From the NCBI GenBank assembly GCA_963558405.1, contig CAUWGC010000004.1, forward strand, positions 26,395 to 90,394: a stretch of 64,000 nt of DNA. The letters are read 5' to 3'. Position numbers and translations under genes: made by a program. The DNA comes from an uncultured Clostridia bacterium. Lineage in GTDB: Bacteria > Bacillota > Clostridia > TANB77 > CAG-508. The notes beneath the pieces are model-generated. The model worked only from the letters and a program-made list of their open reading frames with translations, searched no databases and was not told the DNA's origin. This document shows, in pieces, positions 47,284 to 57,930 of the stretch. Position 1 is the stretch's first letter. Every line of letters starts with the position of its first letter.

Positions 47284-48033
47284 GTGGATAATACAAACAA
47301 TAATGTAGAGGAAAAAAAGACAATATTAATAGTAGATGATGAGGCACCTATTGTAGATATTTTAGTATATAATCTTCAAAAAGAAGGATATAATACTTTA
47401 GAAGCAAATGATGGTGTAACAGCTGTAGAGATTGCTTTAAAAGAAAAACCTGATTTAATTTTATTAGATATTATGCTTCCAAAAATGGATGGTCTTTCTG
47501 TATGTAAAAGAATACGTCATACATTAAATGTGCCTATATTAATGCTTTCTGCAAAAGATGAGGAAATAGATAAAATACTAGGTTTAGAATTAGGAGCAGA
47601 TGACTATATTACAAAACCTTTTAGTGTAAGAGAATTAATGGCAAGAATTAAAGCTAATTTAAGAAAAGCAGAAAATATTGTACCTGTTGTAGAGGAAGAA
47701 GAAAAGGTAAAAGAGGAGCCTAAAGTTACTAATAAAATTAAAGTAGGAGATTTAAGTTTAGATTTAGATAAATTTGAGGTAAGGGTAAGAGGACAAATAG
47801 TAGAACTTACTTTTAGAGAATTTGAAGTGTTAAAATATTTAGCTTCTCAACCAGGACAAGTAATAACAAGAGAAATATTATTAGAAAAAGTATGGGGATA
47901 TGAATATTACGGAGATATTCGTACTGTAGATGTTACTGTTAGAAGAATCCGTGAGAAAATAGAACAAGATACAGGAAATCCTAAAATATTAATTACAAAA
48001 AGAAATGTAGGCTATTATATTTCAGAAAAATAA
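47284..48033 (+). CDS. OmpR-family response regulator (WalR/YycF-like)
   Basis: Receiver motifs ILIVDDE, LILLDIMLPKMDG and SAKDEE. Winged-helix C-terminus (LTFREFEVLKYLASQPGQVITRE). GTG start with RBS aggtggag. Confidence 0.85.
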   Translation: MDNTNNNVEEKKTILIVDDEAPIVDILVYNLQKEGYNTLEANDGVTAVEIALKEKPDLILLDIMLPKMDGLSVCKRIRHTLNVPILMLSAKDEEIDKILGLELGADDYITKPFSVRELMARIKANLRKAENIVPVVEEEEKVKEEPKVTNKIKVGDLSLDLDKFEVRVRGQIVELTFREFEVLKYLASQPGQVITREILLEKVWGYEYYGDIRTVDVTVRRIREKIEQDTGNPKILITKRNVGYYISEK

Positions 48034-48055
48034 AAAGAAAAGAAGCGTAAATGAT

Positions 48056-49492
48056 ATGTTAAAAAATGTACAAATAAAAATTGTATTAATTTTTGCTGTA
48101 ACTGGAATTTTAATTCTTTCTTTATTGGGTGCTGTTGTGATTTTTAATTTACAAAAAATGGACTTAAGTCTTGTAGAACATACTGTAAAAACACAACAAG
48201 AATGGGAGACAATTATAAATACCAATATAGAACAAATGAAATATATAATAATGATAGCAATTATTACATTTGCAGCTATTTGTATTGTAATAGGAATTTT
48301 TACTTCTAAATATATGATTTCTCCAATTACTAAACTAATACAAGGTGCACAAAATGTTACAGAAAAAAAAGATGTAGAAAAGAATAAAAAGAAAAATGAT
48401 GTTGATGAATTTGTATCTGCTTTTGAAGTAATTAATGCAGAATTAAAAGAAAATTTAAATGAAGTAACAAGACAAAAAAAGCAAATAGAAGCAATATTAT
48501 TACATATGACGGATGGAATTATAGCTTTTAACAAAGAAGGGGAGATAATTCATATAAATCCTGCAGCAGAAACATTATTACAAATAACAGAAACAGAAAA
48601 AAACTTTACATCAATATTTAGTAAATTACAAATAGATGTAAATTTGGAGAAAATTATATATTTAGAGAATTGGACATCATCTGAACAAAGAATAAACGTT
48701 GGAGAAAAATATATGAATTTATTCTTTGCTCCATTTAAAGATGAAAATGATAGACCAGCAGGTGTTATTGTATTAATTCAAGATATTACAGAACATGTTA
48801 AATTAGACAATATGAGAAAAGAATTTGTAGCTAATGTATCTCATGAATTAAAAACACCAATTACCTCTATTATGGGATATGCAGATACTTTATTAGAATC
48901 AGAATATGATAAACAAATGCAAGATAAGTTTATGAAAGTAATTGCAACAGAAGCAAAAAGAATGGCAGATTTGGTAACAGATTTACTTACTCTTTCTAGA
49001 TACGATACAAATAGGGTAAAAACAGATCCAGTTGAATTTGATTTAGGAGAACTTGCAAAACGTTGTGTTGAAAAATTACAGATTCAAATAGAACAAAAAA
49101 AGCATAATGTAGAATGTTTAGTAACTGCAAATGTTCCATTAGTTTATGCAGATAAATTTGGTATAGAACGTGTTATTTTAAATATTCTTTCTAATAGTAT
49201 AAAATATACAAAACAAGAAGGAACTATAAAGATTTATGTTGGATTTGTATATAACGATGCATACATCAAAATTATAGACAATGGAATTGGAATTCCGCAA
49301 GAAGATTTACCACGTATATTTGAAAGATTTTATAGAGTAGATAAGGCACGTACAAGAGAAATGGGAGGAACGGGATTAGGTCTTTCAATTGCAAAAGAAA
49401 TTATGGATAGAAATCATGGAAGTATTGATATTAAAAGTGTATCAGGAAAAGGAACTGAAGTGGTACTAAGAATACCAACAAAGACAAATTAA
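48056..49492 (+). CDS. sensor histidine kinase (WalK/VicK-like; 2 TM, HAMP/PAS, HisKA, HATPase)
   Basis: H-box VANVSHELKTPITSI. N-box and G-boxes (IDNGIGIP, GGTGLGLSI). Confidence 0.85.
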   Translation: MLKNVQIKIVLIFAVTGILILSLLGAVVIFNLQKMDLSLVEHTVKTQQEWETIINTNIEQMKYIIMIAIITFAAICIVIGIFTSKYMISPITKLIQGAQNVTEKKDVEKNKKKNDVDEFVSAFEVINAELKENLNEVTRQKKQIEAILLHMTDGIIAFNKEGEIIHINPAAETLLQITETEKNFTSIFSKLQIDVNLEKIIYLENWTSSEQRINVGEKYMNLFFAPFKDENDRPAGVIVLIQDITEHVKLDNMRKEFVANVSHELKTPITSIMGYADTLLESEYDKQMQDKFMKVIATEAKRMADLVTDLLTLSRYDTNRVKTDPVEFDLGELAKRCVEKLQIQIEQKKHNVECLVTANVPLVYADKFGIERVILNILSNSIKYTKQEGTIKIYVGFVYNDAYIKIIDNGIGIPQEDLPRIFERFYRVDKARTREMGGTGLGLSIAKEIMDRNHGSIDIKSVSGKGTEVVLRIPTKTN

Positions 49493-49533
49493 ATATATAT
49501 TAATTTAAGAATATAGAGAAATTAATAATGAAA

Positions 49534-49564
49534 GTATGTTAAACAAAATTAACATGCTTTTTTT
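49534..49564 (+). terminator. rho-independent terminator
   Basis: Stem gtatgttaa/ttaacatgc followed by a T7 run. Confidence 0.65.
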
Positions 49565-49690
49565 GATGATAAAAGCTAGAAAAAACGAGTAAAATAGAGA
49601 TATTAAAAGGAAAATATATGAAAAATTAGTAAAAATAGTAAGCATAACTAGAAAAAAATAGATAAAATGCCTAAATTGAGTATACATAAC

Positions 49691-49719
49691 TTGAAATTGC
49701 TTATAATATATAGTATAAT
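49691..49719 (+). promoter_or_regulatory. sigma-A type promoter (TTGAAA-17-TATAAT)
   Basis: -35 at 49691-49696, a 17-nt spacer, and consensus -10 at 49714-49719. Confidence 0.5.
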
Positions 49720-49802
49720 TAAAAAGATGTCGCGTAAAAAAAGGAGTGTGTATTTTTATTTTAAATAAAAAAATAAAACATTATACAAAAGAAGTCCTAA
49801 GG

Positions 49803-50735
49803 ATGTTAAACGTTGTGGCATTTGGAGCAATTATTATTATCGCGATTGTTTTAATAAAATATAAGCCAGTATATAAAGTGACTATTTCTGGACAAGAAGT
49901 AGGATACATTACAAATAAAAATGAATTTGAAGAAAAAATAGAAAATGAAATATTACAAAATAAAGAAGCAAATGTTGCATATACAGAAATAAATGTTAAA
50001 CCAGAGTATTCGTTTAAATTTGTAAATGGATTAAAAGAAACAAACGAAGAAGAAATATTTACAGCAATTCAAGATAAAGCTGTAAAAACATATGTTATGT
50101 ATGCTGTTACACTAAATGATGAAACAAAAGCATATGTAGACAGCATGCAAGAAGCACAAACCATAGTAGAAGAGTTAAAAAATGAATATAATAAAGATTT
50201 AGAATTAGATATTGCTATTTCACAAACATATACTAAAAATCCGGAAGAATTAAATTCAATTGAAAATATAGAAGTAGCAAAAACAAGCTTAAATGAACAA
50301 ATTACAGATATGGTAGAAGAAAAAAAGGAAAAAGAAGAAAGAACAGTAAATGGTATATACTTAGCAGTACAACCAATAACAGGTACTATTACATCAAGAT
50401 ATGCAAGTATAAGTAGAATTAGAAGTGGAGCACATACAGGATTAGATATAGCAGCTCCTAAGGGAACACCAATTAAAGTAGTAACAAGTGGAACTGTAAC
50501 TTTTGCAGGTTGGAATGGAGCATATGGAAAATGTATTAAAGTATCACATGGAAATGGTGTAGAAACATGGTATGCACATTGTAATTCATTATATGTTAGT
50601 AAGGGACAAGAAGTTCAAGAAGGAGAAGTTATAGGAGCGGTTGGAACTACAGGAAATTCTACAGGAAATCATTTACACCTAGAAGTTAGAATTAATGGAA
50701 ATCCAGTTAACCCACAAAACTATTTATACAAATAA
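49803..50735 (+). CDS. membrane-anchored M23 (LytM-type) peptidase
   Basis: HTGLDIAAPKGTPI ... GNHLHLEVRINGNPVNP M23 signature. The ATG at 49803 precedes the signal anchor. The track ORF begins at GTG 49746. Confidence 0.75.
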   Translation: MLNVVAFGAIIIIAIVLIKYKPVYKVTISGQEVGYITNKNEFEEKIENEILQNKEANVAYTEINVKPEYSFKFVNGLKETNEEEIFTAIQDKAVKTYVMYAVTLNDETKAYVDSMQEAQTIVEELKNEYNKDLELDIAISQTYTKNPEELNSIENIEVAKTSLNEQITDMVEEKKEKEERTVNGIYLAVQPITGTITSRYASISRIRSGAHTGLDIAAPKGTPIKVVTSGTVTFAGWNGAYGKCIKVSHGNGVETWYAHCNSLYVSKGQEVQEGEVIGAVGTTGNSTGNHLHLEVRINGNPVNPQNYLYK

Positions 50736-50850
50736 TGTAAATAAAGCATAGGAGAATATCCAATGCTTTATTTTTTTCTAAAAATTTCTAGAATATATTT
50801 AAAAGAATTTTACATAATAATAGTAAAATTTTAAAAAGGAGGAAATAAAA

Positions 50851-51075
50851 ATGTCAAATCCAAAAAAAACAATAATTCCAGAGGCTAGGGAAGCATTAAC
50901 AAAATTTAAATTAGAATGTGCCCAAGAAATAGGAAGAATGCAATTTGTAAAAGAAAATAATGATCATTATAAAGGTAATTTATCATCAAAACAAAATGGA
51001 GAAGAAGGTGGTCCTATAGGTGGACAAATGGTAAAGAAAATGATTGAACAAGCAGAAAAAAATATGGTTAAATAA
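50851..51075 (+). CDS. alpha/beta-type small acid-soluble spore protein
   Basis: 74 aa. EAREALTKFKLECAQEIG and the KxxxxxGG pattern match alpha/beta-type SASPs. RBS aaggagga. Confidence 0.85.
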   Translation: MSNPKKTIIPEAREALTKFKLECAQEIGRMQFVKENNDHYKGNLSSKQNGEEGGPIGGQMVKKMIEQAEKNMVK

Positions 51076-51082
51076 AATTTTA

Positions 51083-51115
51083 AAGAACTCAAATAATTGG
51101 GTTCTTTTGTTTTTA
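51083..51115 (+). terminator. rho-independent terminator
   Basis: Stem aagaactc/gggttctt followed by ttttgttttt. Confidence 0.65.
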
Positions 51116-51196
51116 AATAATAATAAAAATTACTTGTAAAAGCAATTTACTTACGATATAATTCTTTTAAATAATGAGTTTAAGAAGGATGTACAA

Positions 51197-53143
51197 ATGT
51201 CAAAAAGTATTTTAATAACAGAAAAGCCATCTGTTGCGATGGAGTTTGCAAAAGTTTTAAAAATAAATGGAATAAGAAAAGATGGATTTTTAGAATCTGA
51301 AGATTGGATTGTAACATGGTGTGTAGGACATTTGGTTACAATGTCCTATCCAGAAAAATACGATGAAAAACTAAAATTTTGGAGATTAGATACATTACCT
51401 TTCTTACCAAAAGAATATAAATATGAAGTTATTTCAAACGTAGAAAAACAATTTAATATTATAAAATCACTGTTAAAAAGAGAAGATGTAACATGTATAT
51501 ATGTTTGTACTGACTCAGGAAGAGAAGGTGAATATATATATAGATTAGTAGAACAAATGATAGGGGTATCTGGAAAGCAAAGAAAGCGTGTATGGATAGA
51601 TTCGCAAACAGAAGAAGAAATTTTAAGAGGTATTAAAGAAGCAAAAGATTTATCAGAATATGATAGTTTATCAGATAGTGCCTACTTAAGAGCAAAAGAA
51701 GATTATTTGATAGGAATTAACTTTTCTAGATTACTTTCTATAATTTTTGGAAGAAGAATAAGTGCTAACTTAAATTTAGATAAAGTTTCTATTTCAGTTG
51801 GACGTGTTATGACATGTGTTTTAGGAATGATTGTTTCAAGAGAAAGAGAAATAAGAAATTTTGTTAAAACAACATATTATAAAATTTTAGGCTCATTTGG
51901 AGAAGAAAATTCATCTTTTACAGCAGAGTGGAAGGTAACAGAAGAATCTAAAATGTATCAATCACCTAAACTATATAATGATTCTGGATTTAAAAATTTA
52001 GAGGATGCAAGAAATTTTATTATCTCATTAAAAGATAAAAAAGCAATAATTAAAGAAATAAAGAAAACAAAACAAAAAGAAAATGCTCCATTACTTTTTA
52101 ATTTAGCAGAAATACAAAATGAATGTACAAAAAGATTTAAAATAAAACCAGATGAAACATTAGAAATAATACAAAGTTTATACGAAAAAAAATTAGTAAC
52201 CTATCCAAGAACTGATGCAAGAGTACTTTCTACTGCTGTTGCAAAAGAAATAGGTAAAAATTTAAATGGACTGGTAAAAGGATACAAAGATGAGGAAATA
52301 CAAAATTTTTTAAAAAAGATGATACAAGAAAAATATAGTACAAATCTAATAAAAACAAAGTACGTAAATGACAGTAAAATTACAGATCATTATGCAATAA
52401 TTCCAACAGGACAAGGTTTTGAAAATTTAGATAAATTATCAGATTTACAAAAAAATATATATAAGCTAATTGTAAAACGTTTTTTAGCAATTTTTTATCC
52501 ACCAGCTGAATTTAATAAAGTATCAGTTACCGTATTAGTGGAAAAAGAAATATTTAATTGTAGTGGAAAAGTATGTATTAGTTTAGGATATTTAGAAATA
52601 CTAAAATCTAAATCACAAGGAGAAAAATCCACAGAAAAAACAGAAAATGTGGATAATAAAGAAGAAAATACAGAAAATTTGAACATATTAAAAGACTTGA
52701 AAAAAGGGCAAGAAGTAAATGTATTACAATATGAAACAAAAGATTCTGAAACAAGCCCTCCTAGCAGATATAATTCAGGTTCAATTATTTTAGCAATGGA
52801 GAATGCAGGAAAATTAATAGAGGAAGAAGAATTAAGAGAGCAAATCAAAGGAGCCGGAATTGGTACAAGTGCAACAAGAGCAGAAATTATAAAAAAACTA
52901 GAAAAAATAAAATATATTGATATTAATAGTAAAACTCAAATTATTACTCCAACAGAATTTGGAGAAATAGTATATGATACTGTATATAAATCTATGCCAG
53001 ATATGTTAAATCCAAAATTAACAGCAAGTTGGGAAAAAGGCCTAGATTTGGTAGCTAAAAAAGAAATTATGCCTGAAGAATTTATGGAAAAATTAGAAAA
53101 ATATATAAAATCAAAAGTAGATAAATTAGTTGTAAGAAGATAA
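51197..53143 (+). CDS. topB: DNA topoisomerase III (type IA)
   Basis: TOPRIM N-terminus (ILITEKPSVA...WCVGHLV). Topo IA core. 648 aa. Confidence 0.8.
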   Translation: MSKSILITEKPSVAMEFAKVLKINGIRKDGFLESEDWIVTWCVGHLVTMSYPEKYDEKLKFWRLDTLPFLPKEYKYEVISNVEKQFNIIKSLLKREDVTCIYVCTDSGREGEYIYRLVEQMIGVSGKQRKRVWIDSQTEEEILRGIKEAKDLSEYDSLSDSAYLRAKEDYLIGINFSRLLSIIFGRRISANLNLDKVSISVGRVMTCVLGMIVSREREIRNFVKTTYYKILGSFGEENSSFTAEWKVTEESKMYQSPKLYNDSGFKNLEDARNFIISLKDKKAIIKEIKKTKQKENAPLLFNLAEIQNECTKRFKIKPDETLEIIQSLYEKKLVTYPRTDARVLSTAVAKEIGKNLNGLVKGYKDEEIQNFLKKMIQEKYSTNLIKTKYVNDSKITDHYAIIPTGQGFENLDKLSDLQKNIYKLIVKRFLAIFYPPAEFNKVSVTVLVEKEIFNCSGKVCISLGYLEILKSKSQGEKSTEKTENVDNKEENTENLNILKDLKKGQEVNVLQYETKDSETSPPSRYNSGSIILAMENAGKLIEEEELREQIKGAGIGTSATRAEIIKKLEKIKYIDINSKTQIITPTEFGEIVYDTVYKSMPDMLNPKLTASWEKGLDLVAKKEIMPEEFMEKLEKYIKSKVDKLVVRR

Positions 53144-53172
53144 AGTTTAATTAAAAGATAGGAGAGAAATAA

Positions 53173-54018
53173 ATGAAATTAGGTCTTGCATTATCAGGAG
53201 GAGGAGTAAGAGGAGCAGCTCATATAGGTGTAATAAAAGCATTAGAAGAAAATGGAATATACTTTGATGCAATTGGAGGAACAAGTATTGGAAGTATTGT
53301 TGCTACATTATATGCAATGGGATATACAACAGATGAAATGCTTAGGATATTTAAATATTTTGCAAAAGATATTATAGGTGCAAATCCTAAATCTTTAGTA
53401 GGAACCGTAAAAAAGGAAAAAGGATTTAAACTAGATGGATTATTATCATCTTATCCAATAGAAGCAGCTTTTCAAGAAGTAGCAAAATACAAAAAAGTTA
53501 AATATATTAGTGATTTGAAAATTAAAATAGCAATACCAACTACAGACATTTTAGAAGAAAAAGAATATGTATTTACAAATAACAATAAAAACGAAGAATA
53601 TTACATAAAAGATGTAGAAATAGCAAAAGCAGTAAGAGCTAGTTGTTCTTTTCCAGGAATATATACAACATGTTCTTATAATCAACATAAATTTGTAGAT
53701 GGTGGTGTATTTAATAATTTACCAACTGAAGAAGTAAGAAAACTAGGATGTGATAAAGTAATAAGCGTAAGATTTGTAAGAGAAAATAACAATAAACTAA
53801 GAAGTGCATATTCTATAGCATTTAGATCACTAGATGTAATTTTTGATAATTTAATAAAAGATTCTATAAAGAATAGTGATTATTCCTTAGGAATTAAATG
53901 TGGGAATGTAAACTTATTAGGAATAAATAAGATTGATTATTGTTATGAAAAAGGATATAAAGAAACAATAGATAATATTGAAAAAATAAAAAGTATATTA
54001 AAGAATAATAATTTATAG
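53173..54018 (+). CDS. patatin-like phospholipase family protein
   Basis: GLALSGGGVRGAAHIG (oxyanion hole), GTSIGS (nucleophile elbow) and the DGG motif. Confidence 0.8.
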   Translation: MKLGLALSGGGVRGAAHIGVIKALEENGIYFDAIGGTSIGSIVATLYAMGYTTDEMLRIFKYFAKDIIGANPKSLVGTVKKEKGFKLDGLLSSYPIEAAFQEVAKYKKVKYISDLKIKIAIPTTDILEEKEYVFTNNNKNEEYYIKDVEIAKAVRASCSFPGIYTTCSYNQHKFVDGGVFNNLPTEEVRKLGCDKVISVRFVRENNNKLRSAYSIAFRSLDVIFDNLIKDSIKNSDYSLGIKCGNVNLLGINKIDYCYEKGYKETIDNIEKIKSILKNNNL

Positions 54019-54157
54019 TAATTACTAAAAATTTTAAACAACATATAATAAGATCATTAGAAATACTAAAATAATCATTCAGATATTGACTTATGTAAAG
54101 TAAAATGATACAATAATAATACGTAAGTACACTTATGTCATTAGAAAGGAGAACATT

Positions 54158-54526
54158 ATGAAACAAGCAAATAAAATCAATCTTTCTAAAACACAGGATC
54201 CACTAGAAGCATTTTCAGACTGGATTCGGAAAACAAAAGAGCACAATGAGCTCGGTAATACACTACTAAATGGAGATGCTATAAATGCATTGATAACTTT
54301 TGGAAAAAATGCTGGAGATTACAACATCAGAAACGGAATAGTTGATGTGTATTATCCATCAATGATTAATCCCATAAGACACATGACATTTTATTTTATT
54401 GATATGCCAAAATCAAATAAAGATTATAAAAATGCACTGGGCGTGGTAACATCTTACCAAGAACCTAGTGAGAAAATGTTATATGTTTCTTCGGGTGAAT
54501 ACGACTATGCATACATAGGAGTATAA
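54158..54526 (+). CDS. hypothetical protein
   Basis: RBS aaaggagaac. 122 aa. Confidence 0.4.
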   Translation: MKQANKINLSKTQDPLEAFSDWIRKTKEHNELGNTLLNGDAINALITFGKNAGDYNIRNGIVDVYYPSMINPIRHMTFYFIDMPKSNKDYKNALGVVTSYQEPSEKMLYVSSGEYDYAYIGV

Positions 54527-54531
54527 AAAGA

Positions 54532-54557
54532 GTGCCTTTAAAAGGCATTCTTTTTTT
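54532..54557 (+). terminator. rho-independent terminator
   Basis: Stem tgcctt/aaggca followed by a T7 run. Confidence 0.6.
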
Positions 54558-54653
54558 GTAGTTTTCAAAAGTATTAAAACTATTAATATGCACATTCACA
54601 AATTATGGAAACGTTACATAAAATATAGCATAAATAAAAAAGGGGTGAATAGC

Positions 54654-55907
54654 ATGTTAAGTTACATAATAGAAGGAGGAAATAAGCTAGAAGGTGAAGT
54701 AATAATATCGGGATCTAAAAATGCATCTTTACCAATTATTGCGGCAAGTATCTTAAGTGGAAAGAAAACAAAATTATATCATGTACCAGATATTCATGAT
54801 ACAAGAATAACATTAGAAATATTAAAAAATTTAGGTTGTAAAGTAAATAAAAATAATGGTAAAATAGAAATAGATTCAAAAGATATGAATAAGCATGAAA
54901 TACCAGAACATTTAATGCGAGAGATGAGGTCAACTGTAGTTTTAGCAGGAGCTATAATTGGAAGATTTAAAGAAGCAGTATTTTCTTATCCAGGAGGATG
55001 CGACATTGGAGCAAGACCAATTGATTTACATTTATCAGCTTTTAAAAAATTAGGAATAAATATTGAAGAAGACTCTGGATATATTAGGTGTAAATGTGAT
55101 AAAATAATAGGTGCAAAAATAGATTTTGATTTTCCAAGTGTTGGTGCAACAGAAAATGCAATACTTGCATCAGTATTTGCAGAAGGGGAAACAATTATTA
55201 CAAATGCAGCAATGGAGCCAGAAATAGTAGATTTAGCTATGATGTTAAATCAAATGGGAGCAAAAATTGAAGGAGCTGGTACTAAATTAATTAAAATAAC
55301 TGGAGTACAAAGCTTAAATGATGTTAGTTATAAAATTATGCCAGATCGTATTGAAGCAGGAACATTTTTATGTATGGGAGCTATAACGGGAGGAAAGATT
55401 TATGTTAAAGATGTTATACCAGAAAACATAACTCCTATATTATCAAAATTGGAAGAATGTGGTTGCAATATCGAAATAAATGAAAATAATATTTTATTGG
55501 TAGGACCTAAAAAATTAAAAGGTGTAGATATAAAAACAATGCCATATCCGGGATTTCCAACCGATATGCAATCTGTCTTTGGAGCAATGCTTACAGTATC
55601 TAAAGGAACCTCTGTTATTATAGAAAATATTTTTGAAAATCGTTACAAATATGTGAGTGAATTAAAAAGAATGGGAGCTAAAATAACAATAGAAGGTAAA
55701 ACAGCGGTAATAAAAGGAGTAAGAAGATTATCTGGTGCCACAGTAAAATCTACCGATTTAAGAGGAGGGGCAGCATTGGTAACAGCAGGATTAGTTGCAA
55801 AAGGAAGAACTAAAGTAGAAAATATAGCATATATCTTAAGAGGATATGAAAATTTAGATCAAAAATTAAGAAACTTAGGAGCTTCTATAAAGATAGTAGA
55901 AGGATAA
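54654..55907 (+). CDS. murA: UDP-N-acetylglucosamine 1-carboxyvinyltransferase
   Basis: MLSYIIEGGNKLEGEVIISGSKNASLPIIAASIL N-terminus typical of MurA. 418 aa. RBS aaaaggggtg precedes ATG 54654. The track start 54588 has no RBS. Confidence 0.9.
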   Translation: MLSYIIEGGNKLEGEVIISGSKNASLPIIAASILSGKKTKLYHVPDIHDTRITLEILKNLGCKVNKNNGKIEIDSKDMNKHEIPEHLMREMRSTVVLAGAIIGRFKEAVFSYPGGCDIGARPIDLHLSAFKKLGINIEEDSGYIRCKCDKIIGAKIDFDFPSVGATENAILASVFAEGETIITNAAMEPEIVDLAMMLNQMGAKIEGAGTKLIKITGVQSLNDVSYKIMPDRIEAGTFLCMGAITGGKIYVKDVIPENITPILSKLEECGCNIEINENNILLVGPKKLKGVDIKTMPYPGFPTDMQSVFGAMLTVSKGTSVIIENIFENRYKYVSELKRMGAKITIEGKTAVIKGVRRLSGATVKSTDLRGGAALVTAGLVAKGRTKVENIAYILRGYENLDQKLRNLGASIKIVEG

Positions 55908-55915
55908 ATAAATTT

Positions 55916-55945
55916 CTAGGGTAAAATAATATTTTACCCTAGAAT
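55916..55945 (+). terminator. hairpin, possible terminator (weak U-tract)
   Basis: Long stem ctagggtaaa/tttaccctag. Confidence 0.35.
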
Positions 55946-55961
55946 AAAAGTAGGTGATGAG

Positions 55962-57080
55962 ATGGGAAAAAGAAATAAAAAAGCTTCAGATGTGGACTTA
56001 TATTATTTAGGACAAGCAGAAGAAAAAAATAAGAAAGAACAAAAAAGGGATAAAAAGAAAATAGAAAACAAAAAAAATAAAAAATCCCCTAAAAAAGATA
56101 TAAAAGAAAAAAAATCATCAAATAAATTAGAAGAAGCATATAATTTTGAGGAAGAAATTGTAATTGGAATTCCTATAAATAATAAGGAAAAGCAAGAAAA
56201 ATCAAATAAGAAAGAAAAAAAGAAAAACAACCATAGTAACAAAAATAACGAGACAAAAAAGAGAAAAAAAGAAAATAAAACTAGTAAACAAACAAATAAA
56301 ACAAATAAAACTAAAAAATTAATTCCTAAACAAGAAAAAGCCTTAAAAAAGAAAAAAATAATATTAGCTATTTTGAAATGGTTAATTTTATTAATGCTTT
56401 TAGCAGGTTCTATTACATATCTTTTATTATCCCCACTATTTAATATTATTAATGTAGATGTAACGGGAAATAGTAAAATTAGTATAGAACAAATCAAAAG
56501 CCTGTCACAAATACAAATAGGTGAAAATATTTTTAAAATCAAGAAGAAAGAAGTTATAAACAATATAAAGGAAAATCCATATATAGATTCAGTTATAGTA
56601 TCTAGAAAATTACCTAATACCATAGATATAAAAGTAGAAGAAAGAACAGCTACACTTCAATTACAATATGCAAATAGTTATGTGTATTTAAATAATCAAG
56701 GATATATGTTAGAAATAAGTGACAAAAAGTTAGAAAATGCTCCTATTTTAAAAGGAATTTCAACAAAACAGGAGAATATAAAAGAAGGAAATCGTTTAGA
56801 AAGTGAAGATTTAGAAAAATTAGAGATAGTACTTAGTGTATTAGAATCAGCTAAAAGTAATGATGTTTATCAAAATATTAAACAAATAGATATTAAAGAA
56901 AAGAATGATTTTATACTATATTTAGACGAAGACAAAAAAATAGTATATTTTGGAGATGAAAAAGACTTAAGTACCAAAATGCTATGGATAAAAACAATGT
57001 TAGAAAGAGAAAAAGATATAGAAGGAGAACTGTTCTTAAATAAAGGAATGGACTCTGTATATTTTAGAGAAAAAGTATAA
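55962..57080 (+). CDS. divIB: cell division protein DivIB/FtsQ
   Basis: K-rich cytoplasmic tail, one TM, and a POTRA domain (VTGNSKISIEQIK...NPYIDSVIVSRKLPNTIDIKVEER). Confidence 0.8.
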   Translation: MGKRNKKASDVDLYYLGQAEEKNKKEQKRDKKKIENKKNKKSPKKDIKEKKSSNKLEEAYNFEEEIVIGIPINNKEKQEKSNKKEKKKNNHSNKNNETKKRKKENKTSKQTNKTNKTKKLIPKQEKALKKKKIILAILKWLILLMLLAGSITYLLLSPLFNIINVDVTGNSKISIEQIKSLSQIQIGENIFKIKKKEVINNIKENPYIDSVIVSRKLPNTIDIKVEERTATLQLQYANSYVYLNNQGYMLEISDKKLENAPILKGISTKQENIKEGNRLESEDLEKLEIVLSVLESAKSNDVYQNIKQIDIKEKNDFILYLDEDKKIVYFGDEKDLSTKMLWIKTMLEREKDIEGELFLNKGMDSVYFREKV

Positions 57081-57187
57081 TAAAATATTAATATTTTGTG
57101 AATATTTTGTAAAATAAAAAAATACTATTGCGTTAATAAAAAAAAACGTAGTATAATAAACTCTATAGTATTAAAAGGAGGAGAAAT

Positions 57188-57922
57188 ATGTCAAAAAATA
57201 AAATAGCTGTTATTTTAGGAATAGTATGTATAATTTTAACTTTTTCAATATGTATGCAATTAAAAACAATAAAAAATATAGGTTCTCCTTCAGAAGTATC
57301 TTTTCAAGAAAATGAATTAAGAGATGAAGTACTAAGATTAAAAGAAAAATACGATAATTTATATAATGAGCTAGAAAAAGCAGAAGAAAAGCTTGAAAAA
57401 GTTAGAGAACAAGCAACACAAAATACTTCTGATTCAGCACAAATAGAAGAAGAAATAAAACTAAATAATACATTATTAGGATTAACAGATGTAACAGGAG
57501 AAGGTGTTATTATAACACTAAAAGATAATCCAAATGTTACATTAGATTCATTAAGGGACTCGTTAAGTTCTTCTGTTAATACATATATTGTACATGACGA
57601 AGATTTAAGAATGATTGTTAATGAGTTAAAAAATTCTGGTGCAGAAGCTATATCAATAAATGGAGAAAGAATTTTATTTAATACTCCTATTACTTGTATA
57701 GGAACAGTTATACAAGTAAATAATAAAAGATTAAATTCTCCATATATAATTAAAGCAATAGGAAATCAAGACACATTAAATGCAGTAGATAGATTAGGAA
57801 GTTATATTGATTATTATATAAAACCTTATGTAGGATTTAGCATGAATAAATCAAATAATATAGAAATACCAAAATATACAGGCGTATATAATCCAAAATA
57901 TATTCAGCCAGTAACAGATTAA
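57188..57922 (+). CDS. DUF881 family protein (YlxW-like)
   Basis: N-terminal TM, coiled coil, then GEGVIITLKD ... EAISINGERI. This is the position of ylxW in the Bacillus dcw tail. Confidence 0.75.
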   Translation: MSKNKIAVILGIVCIILTFSICMQLKTIKNIGSPSEVSFQENELRDEVLRLKEKYDNLYNELEKAEEKLEKVREQATQNTSDSAQIEEEIKLNNTLLGLTDVTGEGVIITLKDNPNVTLDSLRDSLSSSVNTYIVHDEDLRMIVNELKNSGAEAISINGERILFNTPITCIGTVIQVNNKRLNSPYIIKAIGNQDTLNAVDRLGSYIDYYIKPYVGFSMNKSNNIEIPKYTGVYNPKYIQPVTD

Positions 57923-57930
57923 GAAAAGAG

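Noticed and set aside
47120-47308. 62-aa ORF between the glucan synthase and the response regulator
   Set aside because: It overlaps the conserved repeat motif and the RBS and start of the regulator. It has no RBS of its own.
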